DNA of 64,000 nt. It comes from Eledone cirrhosa. Taxonomy: Eukaryota. A program made the position numbers and the translations under genes. The stretch is from positions 15,438,001 to 15,502,000 of the forward strand of contig OZ024759.1 of assembly GCA_964016885.1 (NCBI GenBank), in the 5' to 3' direction. The notes under the pieces are model-generated. The model searched no databases and was not told where the DNA came from. It was given only the letters and a program-made list of their open reading frames with translations. This document shows, piece by piece, positions 46,300 through 60,004 of the stretch (its first letter is position 1; every line of letters begins with the position of its first letter).

Positions 46300-46710
46300 C
46301 TTTCATTTCATTTCATTTCATTTGAGTTTGAGTCCATGCTCAGGCCAAGTCGAAGACTCCACCCTCAGAGTCTGGTGTGGTTGCCAGGTTGGATTCTCTG
46401 TTTAATTTTGACATGTCTAGGAGCGAGTTTGAGTCAGTTTGTGCTCGTTGTGTATATCCTGGGAGATGGGGTTCATCTCTAACGGTGCTTAAGTATCTAT
46501 CCAGCTGCAATTTGAATGATTCCACACTGCATCCTGATAGATTTCTGACATGTACCGGAATGGAGTTGAATAGTTGTGCCCCTCGAACCAACAGACTTGA
46601 CTCTCGCAGGGTTTTTGCTGCCTGGCCAGCCTTTTTGTTGATTGGTGGTAGCTGGCAGCCTCTTCCGTGGCGCAGTGAGTGGTAGGTTTTGATACCAAAG
46701 TTTGGCACCT
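46300..46710 (-). mobile_element. CR1-like LINE 3' end with (TGAAA)n tail
   Basis: RGAQLFNSIPVHVRN...FKLQLDRYLSTVRDEP...SNSLLD; pentanucleotide tail at 46300-46322. Confidence 0.8.
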
Positions 46711-46722
46711 TTATATTATAAA

Positions 46723-46779
<57 letters not shown>

Positions 46780-47274
46780 ATACTCGGCGAGGGTCATATT
46801 ATAACATAACACACTCACTGTTTGGTTGGTTTTCGCTTCTGTATCTTTTATATCTCCACAGTTAATTCATTCGGTCCTCAATGTTTACCATTGACTGACC
46901 AACGGTCAAAAATACAGATATAATATAGATATAAACACATATATATAGTCCAACAAAGTTCTTTTGTTGCATCATAATGATCTAGAAGCCATTTCCACTT
47001 TGAATATTTATACTCTGCTATGTATTGAGTACCTTACTTACTCTGGTTACCCTCGATTGAACCCACATGAGAGACTATATATATATATATATATTTGGCT
47101 TCTTAACCATCGTCTTAGTTTTGTATGACCCTTTTCACTTATGTTTATAGCTCTGGTATCTTCATATCCATAGAGCGCTTGTCAACACAATCCAGAGGTT
47201 GCGTTTCGCTAATTTCTACACGCCGAAATGCGATTCTCGCCAAATTTATATATATATATATATATATATATGAT

Positions 47275-47685
47275 AATAATGGAGCTGCGGCGTTGCAATT
47301 GGGTTACATATGAAAAAGTGTGTCCTTCATCAGTGATCTTCCAACCATCATAGGCATTTCATCGCTTTTAAGACCATATACCTCCGGTTGGTGCGAGCAG
47401 CGGCTAAAAAAAGTCGTTGGGGCACGTAAATAAAGGGGACGCGAGGGTAAACAAACAAAATGGTTTAAGCAACAGAAAGTGATGAAGAAAGAAACAAGTC
47501 CCAGATTTCTATGAATTTAAATTCGGTGTTGCTTAAACCATTTTGTTTCTTTACCCTCGCGTCCCCTTTATTTACGTGTCCCAACGACTTTTTTTAGCCG
47601 TTGCTCGCACCAACCGGAGGTATATGGTCTTTAAAGCGATGAAATGCCTATGATGGTTGGAAGATCACTGATGAAGGACAAACTT

Positions 47686-47693
<8 letters not shown>
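47275..47693 (-). mobile_element. Family K element with ~167-bp inverted duplication
   Basis: Arms 47308-47474/47527-47693, few mismatches; TA flanks. Confidence 0.8.
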
Positions 47694-47727
<34 letters not shown>

Positions 47728-47729
47728 GA

Positions 47730-48000
47730 ATTAACAAGGTAAAATCTATTACAACATTATATTTTCCTGTTTTTTTCCTGGTCAAGTTCTTACTCACTAA
47801 TTAGGTCATAGCTGATGAATAATGGCTATCACAGAAATATATATATAGCAGCGAATATGAATAAACGAATCTAGTTTTACCCTGTTGACTTACACCTTTT
47901 GTTTTTACATTACTCCGGAGTAAACAGACCAGCCTGCGTACTTCGTTGAGTGCTCCAGCCTGCATACTGAGATGTCGGTAAACAACCAACACATACTCAA
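47730..48000 (+). mobile_element. Family F element, 5'-truncated at HHR stem II, short inverted piece upstream
   Basis: Tail matches 11755-11850. Confidence 0.65.
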
Positions 48001-48039
48001 AATTATACATATATATATATATATGCAAGCGTGGGCGGG

Positions 48040-48083
48040 ACCGTCCTGATGAAGACTAGTCAAGCCTGAAATGCATATACGGT
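48040..48083 (+). ncRNA. Minimal type I hammerhead, slightly decayed
   Basis: ACCGUC-CUGAUGA-AGAC...GCCU-GAAAU-GC-AUA-UACGGU. Confidence 0.6.
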
Positions 48084-48230
48084 TGTCCCCCTGCTTCTAC
48101 GGGGCACCACCAGATGGCTTTAGCCACCGGTGTTTGCATAGCTAGGGCTTCCTGTAAACATACCGTGTTTCTTTAGAAATACGAAATTTCTATACTTATA
48201 TACATATATATATATATATATATACATATG

Positions 48231-48266
<36 letters not shown>

Positions 48267-48449
48267 ATATATCCCCGTATGTGGTTGGTGGCAGAGAGGA
48301 AGGAGTACTCAATACCTGTGATAAACAGGTGAACCTCCAAAGTAACTTAACTCACTGTTTAGTATTCACAAAATAAATAAATCAGAAACCATTATTATTA
48401 TTATTCTTGTGCCTAAAGTAGAAACAATTGTTATTATTATTATTACATT

Positions 48450-48597
48450 TTGAGTTCAAATCCCACTGGAGTCAGCGTTGTCTTTTACTATTACGGGGTT
48501 GATAAAATAAAGTACCAGTAACGCACTTGAGTCGGTTCGATCGACTTTCTCTTTCTCTTCAAAGTGCTAGCTTTATGCCGAATGTAGAAACAATTAC
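48450..48597 (+). mobile_element. SINE fragment followed by (CTA)n
   Basis: GAGTTCAAATCCC...GATAAAATAAAGTACCAG. Confidence 0.75.
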
Positions 48598-50599
48598 TAC
48601 CACCACCACTACTACTACTACTCCTACTAACACTACTACTACTACTAAGACTACTACTAACACTACTACTACTAACACTACTACTAACACGACTACTACT
48701 CATTGAAAGTATACATTTTGTGGTTTGATTCCTATCGTTTTCGATTAGCGCAACAACCAGAACGCAGAGAGTTCCAATGTAAATATTTTAGTCAAGGATC
48801 ACAGTAATAAAAGAACAAGTAAACCTAATTTGATTTGGCGAAGATGGAAATCTCTGAAGAATTGGTAATTAAGACTGATTCTTTCCACGCTGTTTGTATA
48901 GATAGCGGCAAATCTAAGATAACTACGCACTCTATCTTCTATGTCTGAAATACTGGCATCAAGCAGTGATAGGTTGTCAAATGATATCCCACGTAAGCAT
49001 GAGTTTTAAAAGGTATCACCAATATAAATTCCAAAACAAAACAAATATCTCCAATATACATCCCCCAAAAAATACAAACACCCACACCAGTGATGGCCAA
49101 AGTTTACAACACAAAAACCTCCATTTAATTTTAAAGAATTTTCTAATATAAACCTTACTTTTTAAAGTATGTCTACTCAACGAATTTCGTAAAGCTACAG
49201 GGCCTGCTGACCACAGTTTAAGAACAATTTACTTAAACTATGTATGGTAACAAGTGACATCTGATATCATATATAGTAGGGTAAAATTCGAGTGAGATTT
49301 GGCTGCTATTTTGAACAGATTGTGTGACCAGGAGAGGAATCTGCATTAGCCTCTATATTCATCCTACTAACGTTGTAGCCTTTTGCGTGAATTGTGATCC
49401 AGCTTACTGTTGTTATTGTTTTTATTGTTGCTGCTGTTGTTGAAAAGCCTACCTTGATCGAATAGGTATATGTTCAAATTTAACCCAGCAATTACCATGC
49501 CCTCATTCTAGTGCTGTCTACACCTGCACGCATCGAAAGACTGGTGTAGTGTTTCTGAGAACAATGCGGCTTTGCAGATGATTAATGCAAATTGACAATG
49601 GAAAGGCGCTCCGGCTCGAGTAAGATGAGAACTAGTGACCTTCAGGAGAAGCAGCGACAGCTGATTGTATTCAGCAACCGAAACAAATATGACATACACC
49701 AAATCCAATGCTCCTAGTGGCGGCCCTGTTTCTTTTTACTTTCGAGTATAAACTTGGCCAGATTAGATTAGATACATCTACACTATTGAATGTGTATGTT
49801 TGTTTTTTTCTATCGACTATCATAATGCTTTACTTTATAGAATAACAAACTGCTTCTGCTAGCAAGTCAAGCAATTGCCTAGATCATCTTTCCTTGTGTT
49901 GCAGTGTGCAGTATTATTTTGTGTGCCACGTATACCTCTTGATTGTATTAATGTCTACTAAAAGGAAATGTTGGTATTTCATAGAAATTTCCTCAAATTT
50001 TGTGAACAAGGAAAAGTGACATCTTCCGCGAATGTTCTATAAAGGCGGGTTCCAACATATGGAAATATAAATTGTTTACATTCCTAATTAAACTTGCTCT
50101 GTACTCATTCATAGTAGGCTTTTCTAGCTGAATAGCTCAAAACCTCGGCAAGATTGCAGTCTTGTGGTATCCATTTATTCTAGGTTTCTTTCAGATAATA
50201 GTTTCTTTTGATATGGAAGAATTATAATTTTCAGAAGAGAAATATAGATAATTGAATCTTCTCGATACTGGTTCTATCGGCTCTACAAGGATGAAAGCAT
50301 TAACTTTAAAATGGCGTGATTTTAGATCATAACAGCAGGACATCAATCGGCGTACGATAAACCAACAAGAATGTATTGTATCAGAAGCTACATTCAGCAG
50401 TAAGCTTCAAAAATAGTGCCACATCTCGAAATACCTTATCTACACCTGCGAAACAGAGAACTACACTACTAATAATGAAAAGATTCAGTATTTTACCTTT
50501 TCTTTGTCGTATTACTTATGAAAGATAACGCCTGTAACTTTGAGATCAGATTGAATATAATAAAGAATTGAAGGGATTTTAAAATATAACTAATCTTTA

Positions 50600-51256
50600 T
50601 ATTAATCAGATAGAGTGTAGAATATAATATAATTATGAGGAAAGATTTTTAGCCAATTCCAGATGGAGTCTGAAATATGATGGGAGGATTTTGCTAAATT
50701 CAGATGCTATGTGGAACATAACTTAATAAAGGTCCTTATATAAAATTGTGATGAAAGGTTTTATCTAAATTCAGCTAGCGTGTGGAACTTAACTTAATAA
50801 AGGTTTCATCTAAACTCAGATAGAGTGTGGAACATAACTTAATATAGGTCCTTACATGAAATTACGATGAAAGGTTTTATCTAAATTCAGATAGCGGGTG
50901 GAACATAACTTAATAAAGGTCCTTACATGAAATTATGATGAAAGGTTTTATCTAAATTCAGATAGCGGGTGGAACATAACTTAAGAAAGGTCCTTACAGG
51001 AAATTATGATCAAATATTTTTATCTAAATACAGATAGTCCTTGAAAAATAATACTGGTCTTTACACTGAAATGTAATGAAAGGTTTTTAACCAAATTCAG
51101 ATGGTGTCTGGAACTTAACTTAATATAGGCCCTTAATTAAATTAGGATGGAAGGCTTTTAGTTAAATTAAGATATTCCTTGGAAAATAATTTATCATAGA
51201 TCCTTACATGAAATTATCATGGGAGGTTTCCATCTAAATTCAGCTAATCCTTAGAA
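50600..51256. repeat. ~71-bp tandem repeat
   Basis: AATTCAGATAGCGGGTGGAACATAACTTAATAAAGGTCCTTACATGAAATTATGATGAAAGGTTTTATCTA units; resumes after 52439. Confidence 0.85.
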
Positions 51257-52438
<1,182 letters not shown>

Positions 52439-52809
52439 CCTTAGAACATAACTTAACCTAGACGGAAGGTTTTTTATAAACATTTTAAAACAAATTTTTG
52501 TATGAAAACCATGGGGGTTTCAGATGAGTTGATAAATCAAATAGATTATAGATATATTGCCGTGTGTGTGCATGTAAGTGTTTGTGCAGGTGTATGTGTG
52601 TGAATGTGCGTATGAATTTGTGTATGTGTGTGTCTGCCTATGTGTGTGAATATGTGCGCGTGTGTGTGTTTGTATCAATCTATATGCGTGTGTTTATGTT
52701 TACAGATATAAGACATGAGTTGGGCCATAAAGAAGTAAGCATAAGTTAATTTGGTAAAGATGTATCGATCAATTAATTACAGAGCTCGTTGACGTAATTG
52801 AATAAAACC

Positions 52810-53240
52810 GCTGAAACATGTTGCCCCAGTATAGCCACATTCCATTGAGTGAAAGGTTGAGTGGAAATGTTGAAACATGGTGCCCCATACTGGCCTCAGT
52901 CCACTGATCGAAAACTTTTTAAAATGATGCCCAAGCATGACCATAGTCCACTGAGTCAAAACTTTGAAAATGGTGCCCCAGCATGGCCACAATATATAGA
53001 GAAAACAGTACCCCAGCATGGCCACAGTCAATTGAGTAAAACATTGAGTAGATACCTAAAACACTGGTGCCCAGCATGGCCACAGTCTATTGAGAGAATC
53101 ATTGAGTACATTCCTAAAAATATGGTGCCCCAGCATGGCCACAGTCTATGAGAATCATTGAGTGCATTCCTAGAAATATGTTGCCCCAGCATGGCCACAA
53201 TCCATTGAGTGAAACATATACAAAAAGAATAAAAGAATGC
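52810..53240 (+). repeat. Tandem array of SINE 3'-tail unit
   Basis: ~8 copies of TGCCCCAGCATGGCCACAGTC; a similar solitary tail lies at 235-290. Confidence 0.75.
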
Positions 53241-54466
53241 CATATGAACGTGCACGACTGTAACAGCTCCAGCAACGGCAGCAATAACAGCAACAGAAGA
53301 AGAATGAACGAGAATAAAAATATGAACGGCTTCTACCTCATGACTAACCAATCAATAGCTTCGTATTAAATGTAATGAAAGTCTCATAATTTGAAACTTC
53401 CAATTTTTTCTCTCCTTTTGTTGTTGTTTAAAATGCCTATATACTAGCATAATTGGACACCGCATCAGATTTCCGATCATGTTAGTTCCAAGCCACGAAA
53501 TCAATACTAAGGGAAGCATATTTCACGGCTGATTGTTAAAGGCGGTGCTATTGTCAGCAATAAGTTTAATTGTATTCTGACGAACATTCTAATTACAACC
53601 GGATATGTATGCAGACTTACAAGAGGAAAGAACACTTATCGCTTTCCCATAATGTGAACGGTATCAAATCTTATCGAATAGAAAGGAAATGAAACAAAAA
53701 AAAAATGATATATTATTAATTCATTCATGAATATAGTTATAAAATTTAATTGTGATAGATTTCATGGTAGTTTCAATAGATCTACAACAAGCTAAAATTG
53801 ACTGTGAAAACTAAAAGGAAAAGTTTAAGATACATTGGTCAGATGTTAAGTGGAATTGTTAAAGATTCAAGAAGCAAGAATTGAAATTAGTAATCAATAA
53901 TGCAACGTTAGAATCGAATATAAGTTAGAAAATTGTGAGGTCGGGTTGTGGGTCAATAGGCTACAGATAATAAAATCCTATTGGTTGACTGGATAAAGTG
54001 TTGGTCATTTACATTATGTATAACGGGTTGGTGGTTAGTTAATTTGTTTCATACAGTGGTGATATGGTTAAATAGACTGACAAAAGAAAATTTAACTCTG
54101 TCGATCATTTTATTTTATTAAAGCTTCAGCTTGTCTGTCTTATTATTAGAACGTATGGACGATATTAATATAATCATATCTGTAGGTGGACACAGCAGAT
54201 AATAATGTAATAGAGAATAAGCTAACATATGCTACAGAGAACGTCGGGTACATAAAAAGTCTGAAGGATCAGACGTGCTTTTACGTCAGTGAAACTACTT
54301 TGTGCAATGAGGTTTTAAAAACCAGAATTTATATATGTATATATATAACATATATGTATGTGTATATATATATAATATATATGTATATATATATATATAT
54401 ATTGCATTGTTTGGTTTTCAAAATTATTTAAATTTGTTTCCTATTTAACAATGCTTCAAGCAAGCT

Positions 54467-54577
<111 letters not shown>

Positions 54578-54604
54578 CACACACATACATAATGGTTTTG
54601 GAAC

Positions 54605-54714
54605 CTTTAAGAAGATTAATTTACAATAACTTTACTGGTTTCGTGGACTTTGAATATCATTAGATTATAAAATTGTGAAACCGATAAACTTATTGTAAAT
54701 AAATCTTCTTAAAG
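54605..54714. repeat. Fold-back palindrome with GTTTC...GAAAC centre
   Basis: Arms 54605-54643/54676-54714. Confidence 0.65.
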
Positions 54715-54765
54715 ACTCCAATTGCAATATATCTTTTATATGTATTTTTACGCGTGTGATATATA

Positions 54766-54948
54766 TGGAGCCCGCAGGGAAGCAGACGGAGAAGGCGACC
54801 CAATATGAACTGGCGCCAGACAGTTGAGAGGGACCTGCGAGCGACAAACAGACAATGGCGGGACAGTGTGCAACTGGCTGCTTACTGAACGCGATGGAAC
54901 ACTATGATTCCTCATGCGTCGCAAGACGCGGGAGCTTCTGAGTCTGAG
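54766..54948 (+). mobile_element. RTE LINE extreme 3' end
   Basis: WSPQGSRRRRRPNMNWRQTVERDL...AAY*TRW; (CTGAGT) tail; TA flanks. Confidence 0.8.
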
Positions 54949-55221
54949 ATATATATATAAAAAGTGGAAAGAATTGGCGGAGAAGTTAAAACAGTTCAAA
55001 ATACAGTAAAGTATTATAATAAACAGTACAAAAAGCTATCTTTCAAACTTCCTTTAAAAACATTTCAAGCAAGCTTGTGTACAAAATCCTATTTTGCTAA
55101 GAATAATAATATTTAAAATAAAACCGAATTTGGTAATTACTTTAAAGAACATATATATATATATATATATATATATAACTATTTATATAAAACCTTACTT
55201 TTTTATATGTATATATATATA

Positions 55222-55700
55222 TATGAATAAAGTTAGTCCTTCATCAGTGATATTCCAACCATCATTGCTATTTCATCGCTTTAAAGACCATACACCTCCG
55301 GTTGGTGCGAGCAACGGCTAAAAAAAGTCGTTGGGACACGTAAATAAAGGGGACACGAGAGTGTAAACAAACAAAGATGGTGAAGCAACGAAAAGTGAGG
55401 AAGAAGGAATCAAGTCCCAAATTTCCATGAATATAAGTTCGGTGAAATCGTGAACGAGAGAGAATAAAGACCATCAAACCTGGTTGGAATGTGAGCAAGG
55501 AAGGAATTCCGTACAGGTCTAACGGGAGGAAGAAGGAATCTAGTCTGTGAATTCGGTAAACATAAGTTCTGTGAAATCGTAGACGAGAGAGAGAAAAAAA
55601 AGGGGAGACCTGCCTGACCAAGGGTGCGAAAGAAAGAATTACGCACAGGTCAAACGGGAAGAAGGAGGAGAGGTAGTAACAGATAGTGAGTGAGTGAGTG
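55222..55700 (-). mobile_element. Family K element, longest copy
   Basis: Matches 47310-47526 and extends further. Confidence 0.7.
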
Positions 55701-56035
55701 AAGGGTGAGGAATAGGCTAACAGAGAGAGTGACTGCTAGAAAGGGTAAAGATACAGAGAAAGAGGAAGCAGTAAGACCGAAATAGACGGGTCACGGCGAG
55801 GGAAAAAGTATGTGTAAATATGAGAATAAACGTGCTGCGTGGTTGCTGTACGTGTACATACTTATATTTAAGTAACAGCCGTACTAAGAGTGGGAAATGA
55901 AATTTCGTTTCATTTTTTCCGTTTATCGTTTTCGGTGCACCCGGCCGATTAACCCACTCGATATGCAAATTGGGCTACTCAGCCGTTAATATGCATAAGG
56001 TAAGTATATACGTTCAACAATCTGGCAGGAAGGTA

Positions 56036-56080
56036 TACGTTGCTGACGATAGCTAATAAGCTTGAAACTAGTCCAGCGTA
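56036..56080 (+). ncRNA. Minimal type I hammerhead ribozyme, canonical core
   Basis: UACGUUG-CUGACGA-U-AGC-UAAUAA-GCU-U-GAAAC-UA-GUC-CAGCGUA; 7-bp stem I, GUC triplet. Confidence 0.8.
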
Positions 56081-56220
56081 CCTTTGTCAGTGTTGAACAA
56101 ACGAGCAACGATGGTTGCTAGACACTACGGCTTAATACGGGATGTTTGTTTACAAACACACCGAGCATTATAATAAATGTTCGGTGAATCCATATGTACA
56201 TATATATATATATGTGCATG

Positions 56221-56266
<46 letters not shown>

Positions 56267-56371
56267 CTACTGTACGTCTGTATATACTTATATTTAAGTA
56301 GCAGCCGTACTAAGAGTAGGAAATGAAATTTCGTTTCATTTTTCCGTTTATATATCTATATAATTATAGTA

Positions 56372-56673
56372 GAATATAAAAGAAAAACGAACACAGACAT
56401 ACAGATATGTGTTCAAATCGTAAGGGACCAGATTCGCTAAGGTGAAAAGAATACTAAGTATAGACAATTGGATTAGCTTGTCGCAATTTAATTTTTAAAA
56501 AAATTAAGAAAATAAATACAGGTCCCTTACGATTTGGACACATATATCTGTATGTCTATGTTCGTTTTTCTTTTATATTCCATTATAATATACTTCTCAG
56601 AAATATCTCTTTCTTAGAGCTGTTTTGTTGTAAGAGACTATTTTGAGTTCCTAACTCAATATATACCTTTGAT

Positions 56674-56677
<4 letters not shown>
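56372..56677. mobile_element. Inverted-arm element in (TA)n
   Basis: Arms ~56372-56428/56521-56579; tail 56580-56675 is the reverse complement of 14207-14297. Confidence 0.6.
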
Positions 56678-56741
<64 letters not shown>

Positions 56742-57010
56742 CTGTGTATGTATATGTATACGCGTGTGTGTGTATGTATGTTTTATATAGATAAATGTCA
56801 AAATTGTGCTTTAGAACCTTAGGTTCCACTTTTATTCGTGTACATACAATAATAAATAATATAATATATATATATATAAGACTGTTAGTACTCCAACCAA
56901 ACTACTCACCAACAATAATTAACGTATATCTATATACACATACGTTACACATAAATACACTGTATAACACACACACACTCACACACATACATACATCCAT
57001 ATATACATAT

Positions 57011-57049
<39 letters not shown>

Positions 57050-57054
<5 letters not shown>

Positions 57055-57248
57055 ATTGATGCAGTAAATACTAGTTAGGACATTACTCACCAGAGAACTC
57101 GATACTTGGGTTAGTAGAGTGAGTAATATGAAGGATATGGGACCCCAACGGATGAGCTCCTGCCGTTTCAACAGCTAGATTCGAACAGTTCGGATCTAGC
57201 AGTTAAAACGGCAGAAGATCAGTCGTCGGTGTCCCACATCCTTCTTAT
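57050..57248 (-). mobile_element. Family A-related fold-back element
   Basis: GTTTC-AACAGCTAGATTCGAAC-A-GTTCGGATCTAGCAGTT-AAAAC; tail homologous to family A. Confidence 0.7.
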
Positions 57249-57264
57249 ATATATATTATATATA

Positions 57265-57422
57265 CCGTATTCCTCGAGTTTGACCACCCAACATTTGACC
57301 CAAAGTTTGACAACCCAAAATTTGAAAAAGATAATAAACAACCTGCTGCCTCCAGGACACTTGGTAGATTTTTTAGACTTATTTTAGGAAAAAAGTAGGG
57401 TCTTCGACGCCTAGAAATGCGG
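57265..57422. mobile_element. Tc1/mariner-pogo MITE
   Basis: TA|CCGTATT...AAATGCGG|TA; internal match to 22377 copy (reverse). Confidence 0.7.
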
Positions 57423-57431
57423 TATGTATAT

Positions 57432-57522
57432 AAGTGGAATGATTACAAAGGAGCAAATACCGTTAAAACATGTTTATATAAACATGTTTTAACGGTATTT
57501 TCTCCTTTGTAACATTCCACTT
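57432..57522. repeat. Near-perfect 91-bp palindrome
   Basis: AAGTGGAATG...AAAACATGTTTA|TA|TAAACATGTTTT...CATTCCACTT. Confidence 0.8.
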
Positions 57523-57902
57523 GTAACCGCTCTGCTTATATTCTCGCCCACTAGATATTAACGCTTCTAATATTTAACCCTGTAGGCACAAGTATTGGCA
57601 ACTAAATATATGTATCGCTTATCTCTTCTTCTCTCTCTAGATACTTAAATAGTCTATATATATACACCGTATTGTGTGTGTGTGTGTTATCTTTTTATGT
57701 GTCTACGATTTAGTAAGCAATCAAAATTCAGCTTGCCCCAAAGCTGTCGTCTGCTTGTGCGTATGTGTGTGTGTGTGTGTTATCTTGTCTGTGTCTAGTA
57801 AGCAGCCAAAATTCTACTTGCTTCAACCGACGCAATTGATCAACTCAAGATTCTAAAACGCATGTACTGCATGCGTTGCATACTCGGACCCTTCGCCCCT
57901 GA

Positions 57903-57964
<62 letters not shown>

Positions 57965-58284
57965 AACATCCAAGTAGGACCGTCAAGCACAGATCCGAAC
58001 GCAGACACCCAGAAAAATCACAAAGCAATCACCGAATGCCCTATAGGTAAATAATACATTCAGAAAAAGCAAATCATCTAATGGATAAAACCATCGGATT
58101 CCAAACTCGTAAACAATACATTTGTAAAAACAAAGCCGACCATGAGCTAGATATTTATATAAGGATCAAGACATCCCCCACATCCCTGCCTCAGACATAA
58201 TCCCTATTTACCAACCCCTAGCCTGCTCTGAGTATAAGGGTGACGGTCCTTTTCAAGCTGCAGCCGTCAAACTACGCAGTTTCA

Positions 58285-58816
58285 GAGAGAGGGAGACAGA
58301 GTGAGAGAGAGGGAAACAGAGTGAGAGAGAGTGGTGGAGTGATGCGAGAGTGGTGGAGTGATGAGAGAGGGGTAGAGTGATGAGAGAAGGGTGGAGTGAT
58401 GAGAGAGAGGGAGACAGAGTGAGAGAGAGGGGTGAGTGAGAGAGAGGGGTGGAGTGAGAGAGAGGGGTGGAGTGAGAGAGAGGGGTGGAGTGATGAGAGA
58501 GAGGGGTGGAGTGATGAGAGAGAGGGGGGAAGTGATGAGTGAGAGGGGGGAGTGATGAGAGAGGGGGGGAGTGATGAGAGAGAGGGTGGAGTGATGAGTG
58601 AGAGGGGGGAGTGATGCGAGAGAGGGGGAGTGATGAGAGAGAGGGGGGAGTGATGAGTGAGAGGGGGGAGTGATGAGAGAGAGGGGGGAGTGATGAGAGA
58701 GAGAGGGAGTGATGAGTGAGGGGGGAGTGATGAGAGAGAGAGGGAGTGATGAGAGAGAGGGGGAGTGATGAGAGAGAGGGGGAGTGATGAGAGAGAGGGG
58801 GAGTGATGAGAGAGAG
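58285..58816. repeat. GA-rich ~20-bp minisatellite
   Basis: (GGAGTGATGAGAGAGAGGG)n. Confidence 0.9.
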
Positions 58817-59260
58817 ATACAAGCACACACACACACACATACATACCGATACCAATACATACATGCGTATACTATATGTATGCGAGTGTGTGTCTATAGG
58901 TGGACTTGTTAGTATTCCTGTTTACACTTCTTTTCAATCAGTAATGAATTTATATTTCCATATCTCGACATAGCACAATATATGATCGATCAAAAATCTA
59001 CTAAAGCGCATTTTTTATCTCTCTCTTCCTTTAATAAGCACTAGGATCGATATGATTGGCTAACTACTTGAAACTTGGTCCCAGTGAATAATAGCAGTGC
59101 TAATGTTGAAACTAGGAAAAGAGTAAATAGCAATGTGACACTAAAGACAAGGACGATAATGATGCTAATATCATTGGAAATCGGTTTAGTCAATCGCCCA
59201 TGATCTTAGGTGAAACAACAACAAAAATAACCTGAACTTATAAATCTCAGAATGAGTTCT

Positions 59261-59296
<36 letters not shown>

Positions 59297-59419
59297 GGAG
59301 GTGAGTTTTATTGTAGTACAATAAAGCAATGCAGATATCGGATAAGAAGCACTCTACAGTTTGTAGGACTGGAGTATACATAATATAAGATCAAAAGATG
59401 GTTAAAGGAGTTCCATGTA

Positions 59420-59486
59420 TTTTATTATGCGCATTTCAAAAACAAACATCATCATGCAATAATATTTGTGTTTTCATCAGATAAAA
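59420..59486 (-). ncRNA. Type I hammerhead ribozyme (mirror of 59593-59659)
   Basis: Exact reverse complement of the + copy. Confidence 0.75.
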
Positions 59487-59592
59487 CAGGAGAACATGAT
59501 ATGAAGGCTAAAAAACACTTGTGGATAGTGCAGTTTTAAATCAACATGCACTATCCACAAGTGTTTTTTAGCCTTCATATCATGTTCTCCTG

Positions 59593-59659
59593 TTTTATCT
59601 GATGAAAACACAAATATTATTGCATGATGATGTTTGTTTTTGAAATGCGCATAATAAAA
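59593..59659 (+). ncRNA. Type I hammerhead ribozyme
   Basis: UUUUAU-CUGAUGA-AAAC...(long stem II)...UUU-GAAAU-GCGC-AUA-AUAAAA. Confidence 0.75.
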
Positions 59660-59691
59660 TACATGGAACTCCTTTAACCATCTTTTGATCT

Positions 59692-59749
<58 letters not shown>

Positions 59750-59774
59750 GTCTGTGTGTATATATATATATATA

Positions 59775-59952
59775 TAATATAAGATCGATAGATGGTTAAA
59801 AGAGTTCCAAGTATTTTATTATGCGCATTTCAAAAACAATTATCATCTTGGGATGATATTCGTGTTTCCATCAGATAAAATAGGGATACATGATATCAAG
59901 CTTAAAAAAGACTTGTGAATAGTGAAGTTTTAAATCAACATATCCCTATTTC
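59775..59952 (-). mobile_element. Diverged family H copy
   Basis: Colinear with 59380-59546; HHR with A9G. Confidence 0.8.

Positions 59953-60004
<52 letters not shown>

Larger units (their letters stand above)
59293..59699 (-). mobile_element. PLE pLTR-like family H with ~153-bp perfect inverted duplication
   Basis: Arms 59380-59532/59547-59699; full HHR in each arm. Confidence 0.85.

Noticed and set aside
49508-49708. Possible host exon
   Set aside because: No recognisable protein motif in any frame; early stops on the + strand
52810-53215. CRISPR-like repeat-spacer pattern
   Set aside because: Spacers are related to each other and the repeat is a SINE tail
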